Shown here: positions 29,936 through 39,992 of the stretch, piece after piece | How positions within the stretch are numbered: the first letter of the stretch is position 1 | Layout of the letters: the number at the start of each line of letters is the position of its first letter | Assembly (NCBI GenBank): GCA_963701855.1 | Contig: CAVPBK010000009.1 | Span: 288,001 to 352,000 of the forward strand | DNA length: 64,000 nt | Source of the DNA: Nitrospirota bacterium | GTDB lineage: Bacteria; Nitrospirota; Nitrospiria; Nitrospirales; Nitrospiraceae | Reading direction: 5' to 3' | Notes under the pieces: model-generated | Seen by the model: the letters and a program-made list of their open reading frames with translations, nothing else | What the model was told of the DNA's origin: nothing | Database searches by the model: none | Program-made: the position numbers and the translations under genes

Positions 29936-30168
29936 CGAAGTGTAAAGGGAAATAAAGTTAGCACAGCTTGTGCGCGCAAGGAAGAGGTCTTGTCAGTTGA
30001 AAGAGCTGCATGGTACAAACGGCCAGGATTGGCAGAACGTGAGCGAATTCTGACCGATCAGTATCCAAGGCCACGACGCGTGGTCTACACATCAGCCTCA
30101 CCACCACCGGAAAACAGCATGGTCTTCACCCACGTCGCCGAATTTCGGCGATACGATCGAAAAGCAAT

Positions 30169-31086
30169 GTGCGCATGACACTGCACGGCACCCTCTACGA
30201 GATCACGAATTTCACATCGTTCTTCCAGACGCATGTGCTGGAGTCGCGCCGGCCAGATCCGAATAGCATCCGCCCGATCAAGAATGGCTGGATCAGACTC
30301 TGCCGAGGCGAAGGAGCCCATTCAGGATCTCCATTGCCCCTCCCTTGTCGAACGGATGACAACGGGCGTTTCGATTTGGACCTGTCACAAGTCCCCGATG
30401 CCCCGGTGTTCGTGGTCGCGGGCGGCTCAGAAAAACTGCGGGAGAATTATTGGTATCGATCCGCATGCATTCAACTCGTCACGCTCAACCAGCATGCACA
30501 AGAAATCTACCTGGCCCGCGCCACGATTTCAGACGAATCCGGATTTTCTCAAGCCGAACTCGCCGGCCTGTTGGAACAGACGAAAAAACAGGTCGCCGAC
30601 CTCGAACGGATTCACGGAACGATTACCCAGAGTGGTATCGCCCTACACTGTGGAGGAAAAGGCGGGAAGGCATCGTGCCGGCTCCTGCTCAATCCCGATC
30701 AGTCCGGTAATCTGAAGTCGATCCTGCACCATTCTGTTGAGGACTTTCGCTTGGAACTGCCCGGTCCGTCGTGGCTGGTCGGACTCCTCGTTTCAAGGGA
30801 CGCGATCGAAACATCCATCCGAAACGGCCTCCGGAATCTCGCGCGTGAGATCGACGAACGGCTGCGCCTCCGTGCCATCGCGTTTTTCACGGACCAGGTT
30901 AAGACGATGGACCCCGCGCTTGACACCAAGCTGGCCGGCGCGGCCACGCTGACCGTGGAACGTCTACGATACCCTGTTGTGGCACGTCAAAGCGGAGCAA
31001 GCGGCGGCGACCGAGCCATCGCGGGTGATGTGTTCCTGGGTTTTCCCCAGACCTTTCGAGGGGCAGGACACCAGAAAACATCGTAA
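30169..31086 (+). CDS. Hypothetical protein
   Basis: 305-aa ORF with globular-looking composition; no recognised motif. Confidence 0.65.
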   Translation: MRMTLHGTLYEITNFTSFFQTHVLESRRPDPNSIRPIKNGWIRLCRGEGAHSGSPLPLPCRTDDNGRFDLDLSQVPDAPVFVVAGGSEKLRENYWYRSACIQLVTLNQHAQEIYLARATISDESGFSQAELAGLLEQTKKQVADLERIHGTITQSGIALHCGGKGGKASCRLLLNPDQSGNLKSILHHSVEDFRLELPGPSWLVGLLVSRDAIETSIRNGLRNLAREIDERLRLRAIAFFTDQVKTMDPALDTKLAGAATLTVERLRYPVVARQSGASGGDRAIAGDVFLGFPQTFRGAGHQKTS

Positions 31087-31205
31087 GAGTAGGGTGAATC
31101 CCCTGCTGAGACAGTTTGATATGAGCACACATGTTGGATCAATGGATGATGCTCCTCACCGGCGAGATCATATGCTAAGCCCTCTGCAAATTCTTCGCAG
31201 ATTTG

Positions 31206-31457
31206 CCCGCAGTATTCATGACGGTTCGTCGCGAAATCGCAGAGCCGCGTCGCGAGACAGGCGCGCGAAGCCTAGGGGACTGGCTCCGCCGTCTGTGGCG
31301 GTGCCTGTCCCGCTTCCAGAACGGGGACAGGCACCAAAAAGAAGGGGTGCCAGTCCCCAACAGTACGTGGAGGGTCCGAGGAGCGAGCCCGCTGGCCGAA
31401 GGCTCGTCGTAGCAACGGATCAGCGATTGCAGCAGAAGTGTTCATGAATAATGCGGG
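31206..31457. repeat. MITE/REPIN-like element with CCCGCA(G/T)TATTCATGA terminal inverted repeats and internal GGGACAGGCACC-type hairpins
   Basis: cccgcagtattcatga...tcatgaataatgcggg; internal ggggactggctcc/ggtgcctgtccc and ggggacaggcacc/ggtgccagtcccc. Confidence 0.65.
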
Positions 31458-31821
31458 TTAGCGCTGACACAAACAGGACGCCAAGCACAGCATGGCCAAT
31501 CCCCGCTCCCCACAGCAACAGGCCGCCGAGACCCAACTCTGCCGCAGTCCAGAATAAAACCACGGCGGCCAGCACGTTATATGCGGTGATCCCGAGGCTC
31601 ACCGCCAGCCCGGCAGGAGTCCCGGCATGATCGCGGGCTTTCAGACAGGCCAGCCCAAGAGCGAAGACTCCCGCGCCGAAGAGCCGCGCCAGGACTGACG
31701 TGATCGGATCTACCGGCCCTCTGAGCAGTAACGATAGCAGCGGTCCCGGGGTAATCAGTGCCGGCACCCCCGCAAGTATTTCAAGACCGCCGCACAGAGT
31801 CAGCAAGAGTCTCAGCGACAT
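31420..31821 (-). CDS. Small 4-TM membrane protein; its last ~12 codons come from the repeat element
   Basis: Hydrophobic 133-aa ORF. Confidence 0.7.
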   Translation of the reverse strand: MSLRLLLTLCGGLEILAGVPALITPGPLLSLLLRGPVDPITSVLARLFGAGVFALGLACLKARDHAGTPAGLAVSLGITAYNVLAAVVLFWTAAELGLGGLLLWGAGIGHAVLGVLFVSALTRIIHEHFCCNR

Positions 31822-31884
31822 CGCGTCTCATCCTTTCGATCAACAAAGGAATGCTCGGCATCGATAGTCTCTCTCATTGCGCAA

Positions 31885-31919
31885 TTGACATCAATATGTT
31901 CCTTCGATATGCTTTGATG
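31885..31919 (+). promoter_or_regulatory. vapBC promoter with operator palindrome, probably a leaderless transcript
   Basis: TTGACA-17-TATGCT, with 7 nt between it and ATG 31921; inverted repeat CATCAA...TTGATG. Confidence 0.65.
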
Positions 31920-31920
31920 C

Positions 31921-32178
31921 ATGCGAACAACCATTAACCTCCCGGATGACCTTTTGTCCCAAATCAAGAGGCTTGCGGCTACGTCACATTCCACGGTCAC
32001 CGCGCTGATCAGCGACGCGCTACGAGAAGCGCTTACCAAGCGTCGCCACAAGCGGAAGAACGGGCGGGTGACTTTGACGACCTACGGAAAAAAAGGCCTT
32101 CGCCCCGGTGTAGATCTCGACGACGGCGCTGCCTTGCTCGATCTGATGGAGCCACCGCATGGTTCTGGCCGACGTTAA
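31921..32178 (+). CDS. vapB: VapB-type RHH antitoxin
   Basis: MRTTINLPDDLL...LRPGVDLDD; overlaps the PIN gene. Confidence 0.85.
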   Translation: MRTTINLPDDLLSQIKRLAATSHSTVTALISDALREALTKRRHKRKNGRVTLTTYGKKGLRPGVDLDDGAALLDLMEPPHGSGRR

Positions 32179-32596
32179 TGTCCTGGTCTATGCACATCGT
32201 GAGGATGCACCTCGTCACCGCGAATATCTGAATTGGGTCAATCGGGTGCTCAGCTCCGACGCAGCCTTTGGCGTTTCCGACCTGGTTCTGAGCGGTTTTC
32301 TGAGAGTCGTGACCCATCCACGTGTGTTTCGCGATCCTACACCGCTCGACCGCGCGCTGAGATTCGCTGTCTCAATACGTGACCACCCCAACGCCGTGAC
32401 GCTTGCTCCCGGCGAACGTCACTGGGATATCTTTCAGCGTCTATGCCACGAGGCCAACGCCAAGGGTAACCTCATTCCTGATGCCTATCTAGCCGCGCTT
32501 GCCATTGAAAGTGGCGCGGAATGGATTACGACCGATCGAGACTATGCCCGTTTTCCCGGTCTTCGATGGCGACATCCCCTAAGTGCCGGCCAATAA
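32159..32596 (+). CDS. vapC: VapC PIN-domain toxin
   Basis: DVNVLVYA, DAYLAALAIE and TTDRDYARFPGL. Confidence 0.92.
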   Translation: MVLADVNVLVYAHREDAPRHREYLNWVNRVLSSDAAFGVSDLVLSGFLRVVTHPRVFRDPTPLDRALRFAVSIRDHPNAVTLAPGERHWDIFQRLCHEANAKGNLIPDAYLAALAIESGAEWITTDRDYARFPGLRWRHPLSAGQ

Positions 32597-32699
32597 CATC
32601 TACCGGACGGTCAACGATGAATGACCGCCGGATAGGAGAGTTTCAACGACACTGTTTGCGCCGTTGTGCTTTGACATGTTCGCCACATGCAGACAGGCT

Positions 32700-32936
32700 A
32701 TGGCCGTGCCTAAGATGATTCAGCTTCGCCACGTACCGGATGACTTGCATCGAAAACTCAAGGCGCGCGCGGCCCTCGCCGGTTTGCCACTGTCTGACTA
32801 TCTCCTTCAAGAAGTCCGTCGCGTCGCGGAGCGGCCGACAATCGGTGAATTGAGAAATCGTCTTGCCCACCGATCCTCTTTCACGCCCACGGTTTCTCCG
32901 GCTAAGGCCGTCAGAGCGGAGCGAGACGATCGGTGA
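32700..32936 (+). CDS. FitA-like RHH antitoxin
   Basis: IQLRHVPDDLHRKLKARAA.AG..LSDYL. Confidence 0.8.
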   Translation: MAVPKMIQLRHVPDDLHRKLKARAALAGLPLSDYLLQEVRRVAERPTIGELRNRLAHRSSFTPTVSPAKAVRAERDDR

Positions 32937-33325
32937 TTGTTGTTGATGCCTCGGTTGTCATCGAGGTGTTGCTGAATACTCCTGCCGGAACTCAGATGGC
33001 CGAACGGTTTTTTGACCCAGACGAAACCATTCATGCGCCCCATCCCCTCGATGTCGAAGTCGCGCAAGCCCTGCGCCGGTATACGCGGACCGGTGAACTT
33101 AATCCTGTTCGGGGGCTCCAAGCGCTCGAGGATCTTGTCGATCTTCCGCTGACCCGATGCCCTCATGATCTCCTTCTGCTCAGGATCTGGGAACTTCGTC
33201 ATAATGTCACCGCGTACTACGCCGCGCACATCGCTCTCGCCGAAACACTTGGAGCACTGCTGTTGACTCGCGATACGGCGCTCGCATCGGCTCCGGAAAA
33301 TCGCGCGCGGATCGAACTCATTTGA
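32933..33325 (+). CDS. vapC: VapC PIN-domain toxin, possibly degenerate
   Basis: MIVVDAS, LDVEV and LLTRD; the usual YDAAY reads YYAAH here. Confidence 0.85.
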   Translation: MIVVDASVVIEVLLNTPAGTQMAERFFDPDETIHAPHPLDVEVAQALRRYTRTGELNPVRGLQALEDLVDLPLTRCPHDLLLLRIWELRHNVTAYYAAHIALAETLGALLLTRDTALASAPENRARIELI

Positions 33326-33497
33326 CCCGTCCGTTCTCCTCACGTCCCTTCGCTCGTCACCTTCTGGACCTGCCGGTCAAGTCCTAAGATGGAACGGCGC
33401 CTGAAGATCTTTTTCACCTTGCCCCTTCGAGATGACACAGGGCGCTCCCGCGATGCGAGGGCGCCCTGTGTCCTTCACCCGGGATCGATAGAATCGA

Positions 33498-35936
33498 TCA
33501 ATCCGTCAATCGCTTGCGCGCGTGAGCCTCGTGCACGGCCTGCTGCTCTGCCTCGGTGCTCGCCGATTTCATTTCTTTCAAGTCAATCGTGACGCTGTTG
33601 ATCTTGCCGGTGAATTTGTTGTTGCCTTCCTTGTAGTCCTCCGTCACCGGCGTCCCGTCGTCTGCCCCGACATCGGCGCCTTCATCGGCTGAGAAGATGC
33701 AACATTGCGTGTGCTCGATCCGCCCTTCGGCCACCTTCTGGCCGTTAACAAAGATCGTTCCGATCCCACCCTTGCCCATACCAGGGCCATCGGAGGCAAA
33801 CTCAAACCGAATGGTTGCCTTACCGGCCGGCAACGGTTGTGCCGCAGCCACGTTGAACCGCTGCAAGCCAAGGAAGTTGTAGGTGTATATCGGCTTCCCA
33901 TCTTTCATATAGAGACTCCAGCCACCGAACCTGCCGGCCTGGGCGAGGATCACACCGTTGGCGCCGCCCTGGGGGATCTCCACATCGGCGCTGATTGTAT
34001 GCGACTTGTTCTTCAGATTGATGAAGACGTGCTCCGACATCCCGATCATCCCCTCGTAAACCGTCAGAGAGGTGCGACTCCCCATAAGATCAGGCCGCCC
34101 GGCCATGGCAGGGATAAGGCGCTCAAAGATGCGGTCATCGATGGGCAGCACCCGGTTCTTGACCGCTTCCTTCATAAAGAGGTCTTGCAGCTCCTTGAGC
34201 TTGGGCAAATTCTTCGTGGCCAGATTGTTCACCAGGCTGAAATCATTACGCGTGTCGTAGAGCTCCCACTTGTCATCGGCAAGCGCTGTGCGTGGCTTCG
34301 GCTCCCACGGTGCCCGGTGCACAGTACCGGCCAACCAGCCATCGGAGTAGATGGCCCGGTTGCCCATGATCTCGAAGTACTGCACCAGGTGCCGGCTGTT
34401 CGCCATGGGCTTGGCAAACGTGTAGACCATGCTCACTCCTTCGATCGGCTCCTGTGGCGTGCCATTCACGACTTTCGGCTCGGGTAACTCCGCCGCTTCC
34501 AGGACTGTCGGCGCAATATCGATGACATGATGGAACTGCGCGCGCACCTCGCCTTTTGCCTTGATGCGCTTGGGCCAATGAACCACCATCCCGTTGCGTG
34601 TACCGCCGAAACTGGAGGCGATCTGCTTGGTCCATGTAAACGGCGTATCGCCCGCGACAGCCCACCCGGCGGCCATGTGGGGATAGGACATCGGGCCACC
34701 GAGCTCATCATAATGTTTCAGAATGTCCTGAACGGTTTCGCGCACACCGTTGAAGTAGGTCATCTCGTTGAACAGGCCATTCATGCCGCCTTCGGCACTC
34801 GTGCCATTGTCGCCGAGGATGTAAAAGATCAAGGTATTATCCATCTGGCCCGTCTGCTCGAGGGCCTGGATCAGCCGGCCAATCTCCGTGTCCGTGTGTT
34901 CGCCGAAGCCGGCAAATATCTCCATCTGACGAGTAAAGAGTTTCTTCTCCTCATCCGAGAGCTTGTCCCAATCCTTGATGGCTTCCGGCTTGGGTGCGAG
35001 CTTCGTCCCCTGCGGGACGACACCCAGCTTGATCTGACGGGCCAGGGTCTCTTCGCGGAAAGTGTCCCACCCGCCATCGAACTGGCCCTTGTACTTGGCG
35101 ATCCATTCCTTCGGGACATGATGGGGCGCATGAGTGGAACCGGGGGCGAAATACATGAAGAACGGCTTGTCTGGCGTGAGCGATTTCTGGTACTGCATCC
35201 AGTGGATCGCCTGGTTGGTCATGTCGGTCATGAAGTGATAGTTCGGATCTTTTGGCAACTCCACCTGCGTCAATCCGTCATAGACCAGCGGCGCCCATTG
35301 GTTGGTCTCGCCGCCGAGAAAGCCGTAGAACTTATCGAAGCCGGAGCGGGTTGGCCAGCGGTCCGTCGGGCCGGAGGGACTGAGTTCCCAGGCGGCAGTC
35401 TCATGCGACTTGCCGAAGGCAGCCGTGCTATAGCCGTTCAGCCGCAACACCTCGGCCAGCGGCGCGACATTGTTGGGTCGGCTCCCGGTATTGCCGAGGA
35501 ACGCAGTGGAAATCTCCGTGATCGCCCCCATGTTGTTCATGTGATGATTACGGCCACTCAGCAACGCAGCTCGAGTCGGCGAACAGAGCGCCGTTGTATG
35601 GAAATGGTTGTAGCGCAAGCCGTTGTCGGCGAGTCGCTCGACCGTCGGCATATGAATCGGGCCTCCGAACGCACTGGACATACCGAACCCCATGTCGTCG
35701 ATCAGCACGACAAGCACGTTCGGCGCGCCGGCCGGCGCCTTGACCTCAAAGCGCAGCGGGGCTGTGGCCTTGCGAGCGTCGATCTCCGTGATCGCTGGGC
35801 GCTTGGGTTCCGGAATCGGCAACACCGTCCGATCCAGCTTGTCCGCCGCGTGAGCTGGAATAGAAATAGTTGCCGTCACCGCAGACAACCCCATCAGCAT
35901 GATGGTGAGCGCAACCAACCTTGTCTTTTGCCGCAT
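33498..35936 (-). CDS. Exported Cys-type arylsulfatase (long form)
   Basis: PNVLVVLIDDMG, CSPTR, LSGR, FGKSH and HVIDIAPT; C-terminal beta domain. Confidence 0.93.
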   Translation of the reverse strand: MRQKTRLVALTIMLMGLSAVTATISIPAHAADKLDRTVLPIPEPKRPAITEIDARKATAPLRFEVKAPAGAPNVLVVLIDDMGFGMSSAFGGPIHMPTVERLADNGLRYNHFHTTALCSPTRAALLSGRNHHMNNMGAITEISTAFLGNTGSRPNNVAPLAEVLRLNGYSTAAFGKSHETAAWELSPSGPTDRWPTRSGFDKFYGFLGGETNQWAPLVYDGLTQVELPKDPNYHFMTDMTNQAIHWMQYQKSLTPDKPFFMYFAPGSTHAPHHVPKEWIAKYKGQFDGGWDTFREETLARQIKLGVVPQGTKLAPKPEAIKDWDKLSDEEKKLFTRQMEIFAGFGEHTDTEIGRLIQALEQTGQMDNTLIFYILGDNGTSAEGGMNGLFNEMTYFNGVRETVQDILKHYDELGGPMSYPHMAAGWAVAGDTPFTWTKQIASSFGGTRNGMVVHWPKRIKAKGEVRAQFHHVIDIAPTVLEAAELPEPKVVNGTPQEPIEGVSMVYTFAKPMANSRHLVQYFEIMGNRAIYSDGWLAGTVHRAPWEPKPRTALADDKWELYDTRNDFSLVNNLATKNLPKLKELQDLFMKEAVKNRVLPIDDRIFERLIPAMAGRPDLMGSRTSLTVYEGMIGMSEHVFINLKNKSHTISADVEIPQGGANGVILAQAGRFGGWSLYMKDGKPIYTYNFLGLQRFNVAAAQPLPAGKATIRFEFASDGPGMGKGGIGTIFVNGQKVAEGRIEHTQCCIFSADEGADVGADDGTPVTEDYKEGNNKFTGKINSVTIDLKEMKSASTEAEQQAVHEAHARKRLTD

Positions 35937-36036
35937 CGTCTCTCTCCTCCTCTTTAAGATTCATCGTTGCGAAGCTCATCTGTCATTCATCAGGCCTGAC
36001 CCAATGACTCCTTGATGACTGAGATGGGAACAGGAA

Positions 36037-36747
36037 TTAATCGATCCAGCCCTGTTGCTGGAATTTCGGTTTGATCTTCTCCGCAATTTCCTTCGCAATC
36101 GCCTTCGCTCGGCCCTCAATCTTACTGCTGCCGCTGTACTCCCCATAGGCTTTGGCCCCGCCGCCGACGATGAGGCCCACGGGGTTACCGGTGGCAATCA
36201 AGGCGACAACCCCCAATGCACCCCCTGGAGTTTTAGCTCCAGTGGAATCTAGGGAGCCGGATCCGAGTTTTCGTAGTCCCTGAGCCGTCATCTGGAAGCC
36301 CTCGGCCGCTACCCTCAACTCGGATGCCCCGGAGCCAAATCCGAGGGCGACGCGTTTTGTCGCGTCGCCCTCGTCGACCGAGAGGAGATAGCCCCGAAAT
36401 ACAAGGTCATTGATTTGTGGCTTCGTACCACTCGAAGCCCGCGCTGCCGGCAGTCCCATGCCGCGGATCTCCTCGGCCAGCTGCGTCGCAATGGCTTCGC
36501 CCACCTTCCGGCCGGTCTCGATTTGCTCGGCGGTTTGGGGCGTAGGGTGCTCGGCATGCTTGCCGGCGAGTGCGGAATCGGCTGGAACCTCGGCGGACGT
36601 CGCGGCGAAGTCATACACCCAGATATGACCGGGGCGAGGGATCTTTCCCCCCATATATTCGTGCCGGTCACTTACCTCGGTTGAGGCGCACCCGGCAGCA
36701 ACCGCCATGGCCAACATACACAATCCGATGCGTGTAAAGGATTGCAT
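36037..36747 (-). CDS. DUF4410-like lipoprotein
   Basis: Lipobox AAGC; VYDF and VDEGDATKRVALGFGSG. Confidence 0.7.
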   Translation of the reverse strand: MQSFTRIGLCMLAMAVAAGCASTEVSDRHEYMGGKIPRPGHIWVYDFAATSAEVPADSALAGKHAEHPTPQTAEQIETGRKVGEAIATQLAEEIRGMGLPAARASSGTKPQINDLVFRGYLLSVDEGDATKRVALGFGSGASELRVAAEGFQMTAQGLRKLGSGSLDSTGAKTPGGALGVVALIATGNPVGLIVGGGAKAYGEYSGSSKIEGRAKAIAKEIAEKIKPKFQQQGWID

Positions 36748-36902
36748 GGCAGACCTCCTAGGATGAGACGGATACTGATACCGCGCGTACTGTCTTCTAT
36801 TGAGACACTACGCGCAATGTTTAAAGCGTCGCAACAGCATCGAAGGAGCCCGTCAGTCCACAACGCCGTTCAGGATAGCCATTTGGCTGTGTCATAAGCC
36901 TA

Positions 36903-38084
36903 TCAGTGCGCATCGCGCACCAGCCGGAATCCGACATGGTTCGTGCCCGTATCTGGCTCGCCCTTGCCGCGACCGCCTGCGATGTAGCGCGCGCAATACT
37001 GATCGGTGCAGAGGAATGAGCCGCCCCTGTGAACTTTCTTTTTGACACCTGGCTCGCTGGGATCGAGACTGTCGACCGGCCCTTGTGGATTACGCGTGAA
37101 CGCTCCTTCCTCGGCTAGCGTCTGATAGTAATCATGCCGGTACCAATCGCTGGTCCATTCCCAGACGTTCCCGGCCATGTCGTATAGCCCGTAGGCATTG
37201 GGAGGGAACGACGCCACCGGCGCTGCGCGCTCGTGGCCGTCTTCTTTCGTATTCTTCTCAGGGAAGTGACCTTGAAATGTGTTGGCCATGAACTTGCCGC
37301 CCGGTTTCAACTCGTCGCCCCAGGCATAGGGTTTTCGCTCCAACCCGCCGCGCTGCGCGAATTCGAACTCGGCTTCCGTCGGCACACGCTTCCCTGCCCA
37401 TTTGGCATAGGCCAATGCATCCTGGTATGCGATGTGGGCGACTGGATAGTTCCCGCGATCCTTGATCGTGCTATTCGGTCCCTCCGGATGCCGCCAGTTG
37501 GCACCCTTCACATAGCTCCACCATTGGAAATGGTCGTTCAGTTTTACGGCATGATCAGGCGGCGAGAAGACAACCGACCCGGCCACGAGATTTTCCGGTG
37601 GCGCGCCGGGGAAATCCTCCGCGCGCGGCGCCTGCTCGGCAACCGTCACATACTTGGTTGCCTTCACGAATTTAGCGAACTGGTCGTTCGTGACTTCGGT
37701 CTTGTCCATCCAGAATCCATCCACAAAAACACGATGCCACGGTTGAGCGTCGGGAAACTCCTCCGCCCCCATCCAGAACTCGCCGCCGGGAATCCAGACC
37801 ATGCCTTCCGGCGCCGGACCAGGAGGAGGCGGAACTTTCGTGCGCGGTGAGTCCCCGGACAACTGGGCTGATTGGCTCGGGACTGGGCTCGGTTGCGGAG
37901 TGACGGCCGCGGCGCCGCGGCCGGCCTTCGCAGCGGAAATGCCCATGTCGCAAGTCATGCCGGACTTCGGCGCTGTTTCGACCGACGGAGAAGTGTTGCC
38001 GGAGCTATACCACCAAGCGGTCAGGACGATGCTTGAGCACAGAGGCAACCAAATCCTGATGAGAGATGTGCGTGTCATGTTCAT
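36903..38084 (-). CDS. Formylglycine-generating enzyme family protein
   Basis: GMVWIPGGEF.MG, PTEAEFE, GLYDMAGNVWEW, RGGSFLCTDQYCARY and HVGFR. Confidence 0.93.
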   Translation of the reverse strand: MNMTRTSLIRIWLPLCSSIVLTAWWYSSGNTSPSVETAPKSGMTCDMGISAAKAGRGAAAVTPQPSPVPSQSAQLSGDSPRTKVPPPPGPAPEGMVWIPGGEFWMGAEEFPDAQPWHRVFVDGFWMDKTEVTNDQFAKFVKATKYVTVAEQAPRAEDFPGAPPENLVAGSVVFSPPDHAVKLNDHFQWWSYVKGANWRHPEGPNSTIKDRGNYPVAHIAYQDALAYAKWAGKRVPTEAEFEFAQRGGLERKPYAWGDELKPGGKFMANTFQGHFPEKNTKEDGHERAAPVASFPPNAYGLYDMAGNVWEWTSDWYRHDYYQTLAEEGAFTRNPQGPVDSLDPSEPGVKKKVHRGGSFLCTDQYCARYIAGGRGKGEPDTGTNHVGFRLVRDAH

Positions 38085-38246
38085 CGCGCCCTCCGGTCAA
38101 CTTCAGAATATCGATTTCGGCAACAACAGAATTCCCACAAAGCCGACAGGAGAGAATAGACTTCGCTTTATGAGCGGCTCTTTCGAGTACAAAAAGTTGG
38201 CCGCTGAACAGTGCTGTTCATTGTTGTGTTCTTTCAGTAGTGACTG

Positions 38247-38352
38247 CTTGGTCTGTCTGGTTTGTTTGGTTTGTCTTATTTTTTGGTTTGGCAAAACTAA
38301 CCAGACAAACGAGATGAACCAGATAGACCAGACCAACCAGATAGACCAACTA
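38247..38352. repeat. Low-complexity 9-mer palindromic element
   Basis: TG-rich arm, then aaccagaca/gaccagacc arm; abuts a stop codon. Confidence 0.75.
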
Positions 38353-39069
38353 GGCTTTCGGTTCGACGCAATCCATCCCACTCCGCCATTGGCACAATCG
38401 GTAGCGGGCCTTCTCAGCCCAGAAGCGGTACGCCTCCTCCACATCATTCCAGGAGTAGGTCACGCCCTTTAGACTCTTGGTGCCGCCCCGGCGGTCCACC
38501 GCCTCAACAAGAATAGTTCCCATGACGCTGTCGGTCACCTTGATCTCAACCGCCGCACTGCCGGTGAATGCCGATACCCCGGTTGCGAGGCTCTTCATGC
38601 CCGAAAGCAGCCGCGTCTGCGGGATGACGCTCGTCACCGTATCCAGCACTGCATTGGATTCTCCCGCTTCGGTGATGGCGGCTTGAATCCGCAGCACATC
38701 CGGACCAGCTTGGCTCGTCATCTCGTAGTCCTTCTGGAGAGATGCGTCGAGCCTCAACCATAAGATAGTAGCCAGCCGCTGCCGATCTTCAATGGACACG
38801 TCCTTGAGTTGAGAGTCCGTCTGACTCATCCAGACCGTCACCGGATCCAACAACACTTTCCTATACTTGCGCCAATCGACGGCGGGGTTCCTGTAGATCA
38901 ATAAGGCTTGATCCTCAGCCGATTCCGAGATCGTGCTGCGCTGGCCCTCCCTCAGTAGGGAATAGTCGCTCAAGAACCCGGACTTTTCCACCGACTTCGC
39001 CTCTTGGGTCGCAGCGCAGCCAGTCACAACAAACATGAGTAACAGAATTGCTCCAACCATCTTATGCAT
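38350..39069 (-). CDS. DUF3313-like lipoprotein
   Basis: Lipobox VTGC; SGFL.DYS.L, LDPV, AITE and EAVDRR. Confidence 0.8.
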   Translation of the reverse strand: MHKMVGAILLLMFVVTGCAATQEAKSVEKSGFLSDYSLLREGQRSTISESAEDQALLIYRNPAVDWRKYRKVLLDPVTVWMSQTDSQLKDVSIEDRQRLATILWLRLDASLQKDYEMTSQAGPDVLRIQAAITEAGESNAVLDTVTSVIPQTRLLSGMKSLATGVSAFTGSAAVEIKVTDSVMGTILVEAVDRRGGTKSLKGVTYSWNDVEEAYRFWAEKARYRLCQWRSGMDCVEPKA

Positions 39070-39200
39070 GCGCGTCTCCTGTTATGGTGAGCTGAACGCC
39101 GGTTTTTCTCCACAGAATGATTGAGGGGAACGCAGTACTGTGCAGGGGGATCATTGTGGTGGCAACGGCCCCTCTTACTCGTACTGTTTGAATTTTTGAG

Positions 39201-39229
39201 ATTCTATGAGAATGAGGCTTACTATTCAA
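39201..39229 (-). promoter_or_regulatory. sigma70-like promoter
   Basis: TTGAAT-17-TAGAAT upstream of the 38350..39069 gene. Confidence 0.55.
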
Positions 39230-39316
39230 TGGACATCGACCCCATCACCTCAAAACAAAACTGCTTAGGTGTTCAGGCTGAAGGCTGAAGGTCGGGGTTC
39301 GAAGTTCTGATCACTT

Positions 39317-39796
39317 CTATTTGTCCGGGGGATAGTCTTTGAATGCCTTGGCGACTCCCTTGTTGACCATTTGAAAATTCTTTCCCAAGTCGTCCCCCAC
39401 AGTTTCCCTGATCACGGCCCGCCACACCAACTTCTTTTTCGACGACTCGGCCAGATTCACGACCAAGGTGGCTTCCTGATACTTATCGGCATCATTCACA
39501 CCGAATAACAGGTGTACCAGCAGGTCTGGACGGTCTTCCAAGCCGACTTGCCGGATCCCTTTGGCGGCGAGCTGTTCGTCGACCATCTCTTTCATCCGCA
39601 TCCTCAAGGGCGAATTGTCAGACGCCTCGATCTTTTGCCCTCTGTCCGTCATCCCCGAAAAGGCAAACGTATGAAACGCAGAGAACTCGGCGGACGGTTC
39701 GAATTCTGTTTGCACCGTGATCTCATACGGCCTCGTGCAGCCGCCGACAGCGAACAGCCCCAGCGCCAGCCACACGATCAGAAATCTGATGTTCAT
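39317..39796 (-). CDS. DUF4136-like lipoprotein (short paralog)
   Basis: VGGC lipobox; FSAFHTFAF, PDLLV, LVWR and F..YPP. Confidence 0.78.
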   Translation of the reverse strand: MNIRFLIVWLALGLFAVGGCTRPYEITVQTEFEPSAEFSAFHTFAFSGMTDRGQKIEASDNSPLRMRMKEMVDEQLAAKGIRQVGLEDRPDLLVHLLFGVNDADKYQEATLVVNLAESSKKKLVWRAVIRETVGDDLGKNFQMVNKGVAKAFKDYPPDK

Positions 39797-39868
39797 TGCG
39801 CCTCCCTCCTGCTATGATTTCTTGTGCAGACAATGCAGGCGTCGCAGGCTGTTGCAAAGGCCGCCAGC

Positions 39869-39982
39869 CTGTCTTGTTCATTTGGTTTGTCTGGTTGTTT
39901 CGTTGAACGAAACTAACCAGATGAACCAAATCAACCAGATAAACCAAACAAACCAGACCAACCAGATAGACCAACTAGACAA
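39869..39982. repeat. Low-complexity 9-mer palindromic element
   Basis: Same architecture as the other copies. Confidence 0.75.
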
Positions 39983-39992
39983 TCCGCTCACT

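Noticed and set aside
29769..29936. 56-aa N-terminal extension of TolC
   Set aside because: It is a translation of the low-complexity repeat; a strong RBS precedes ATG 29768
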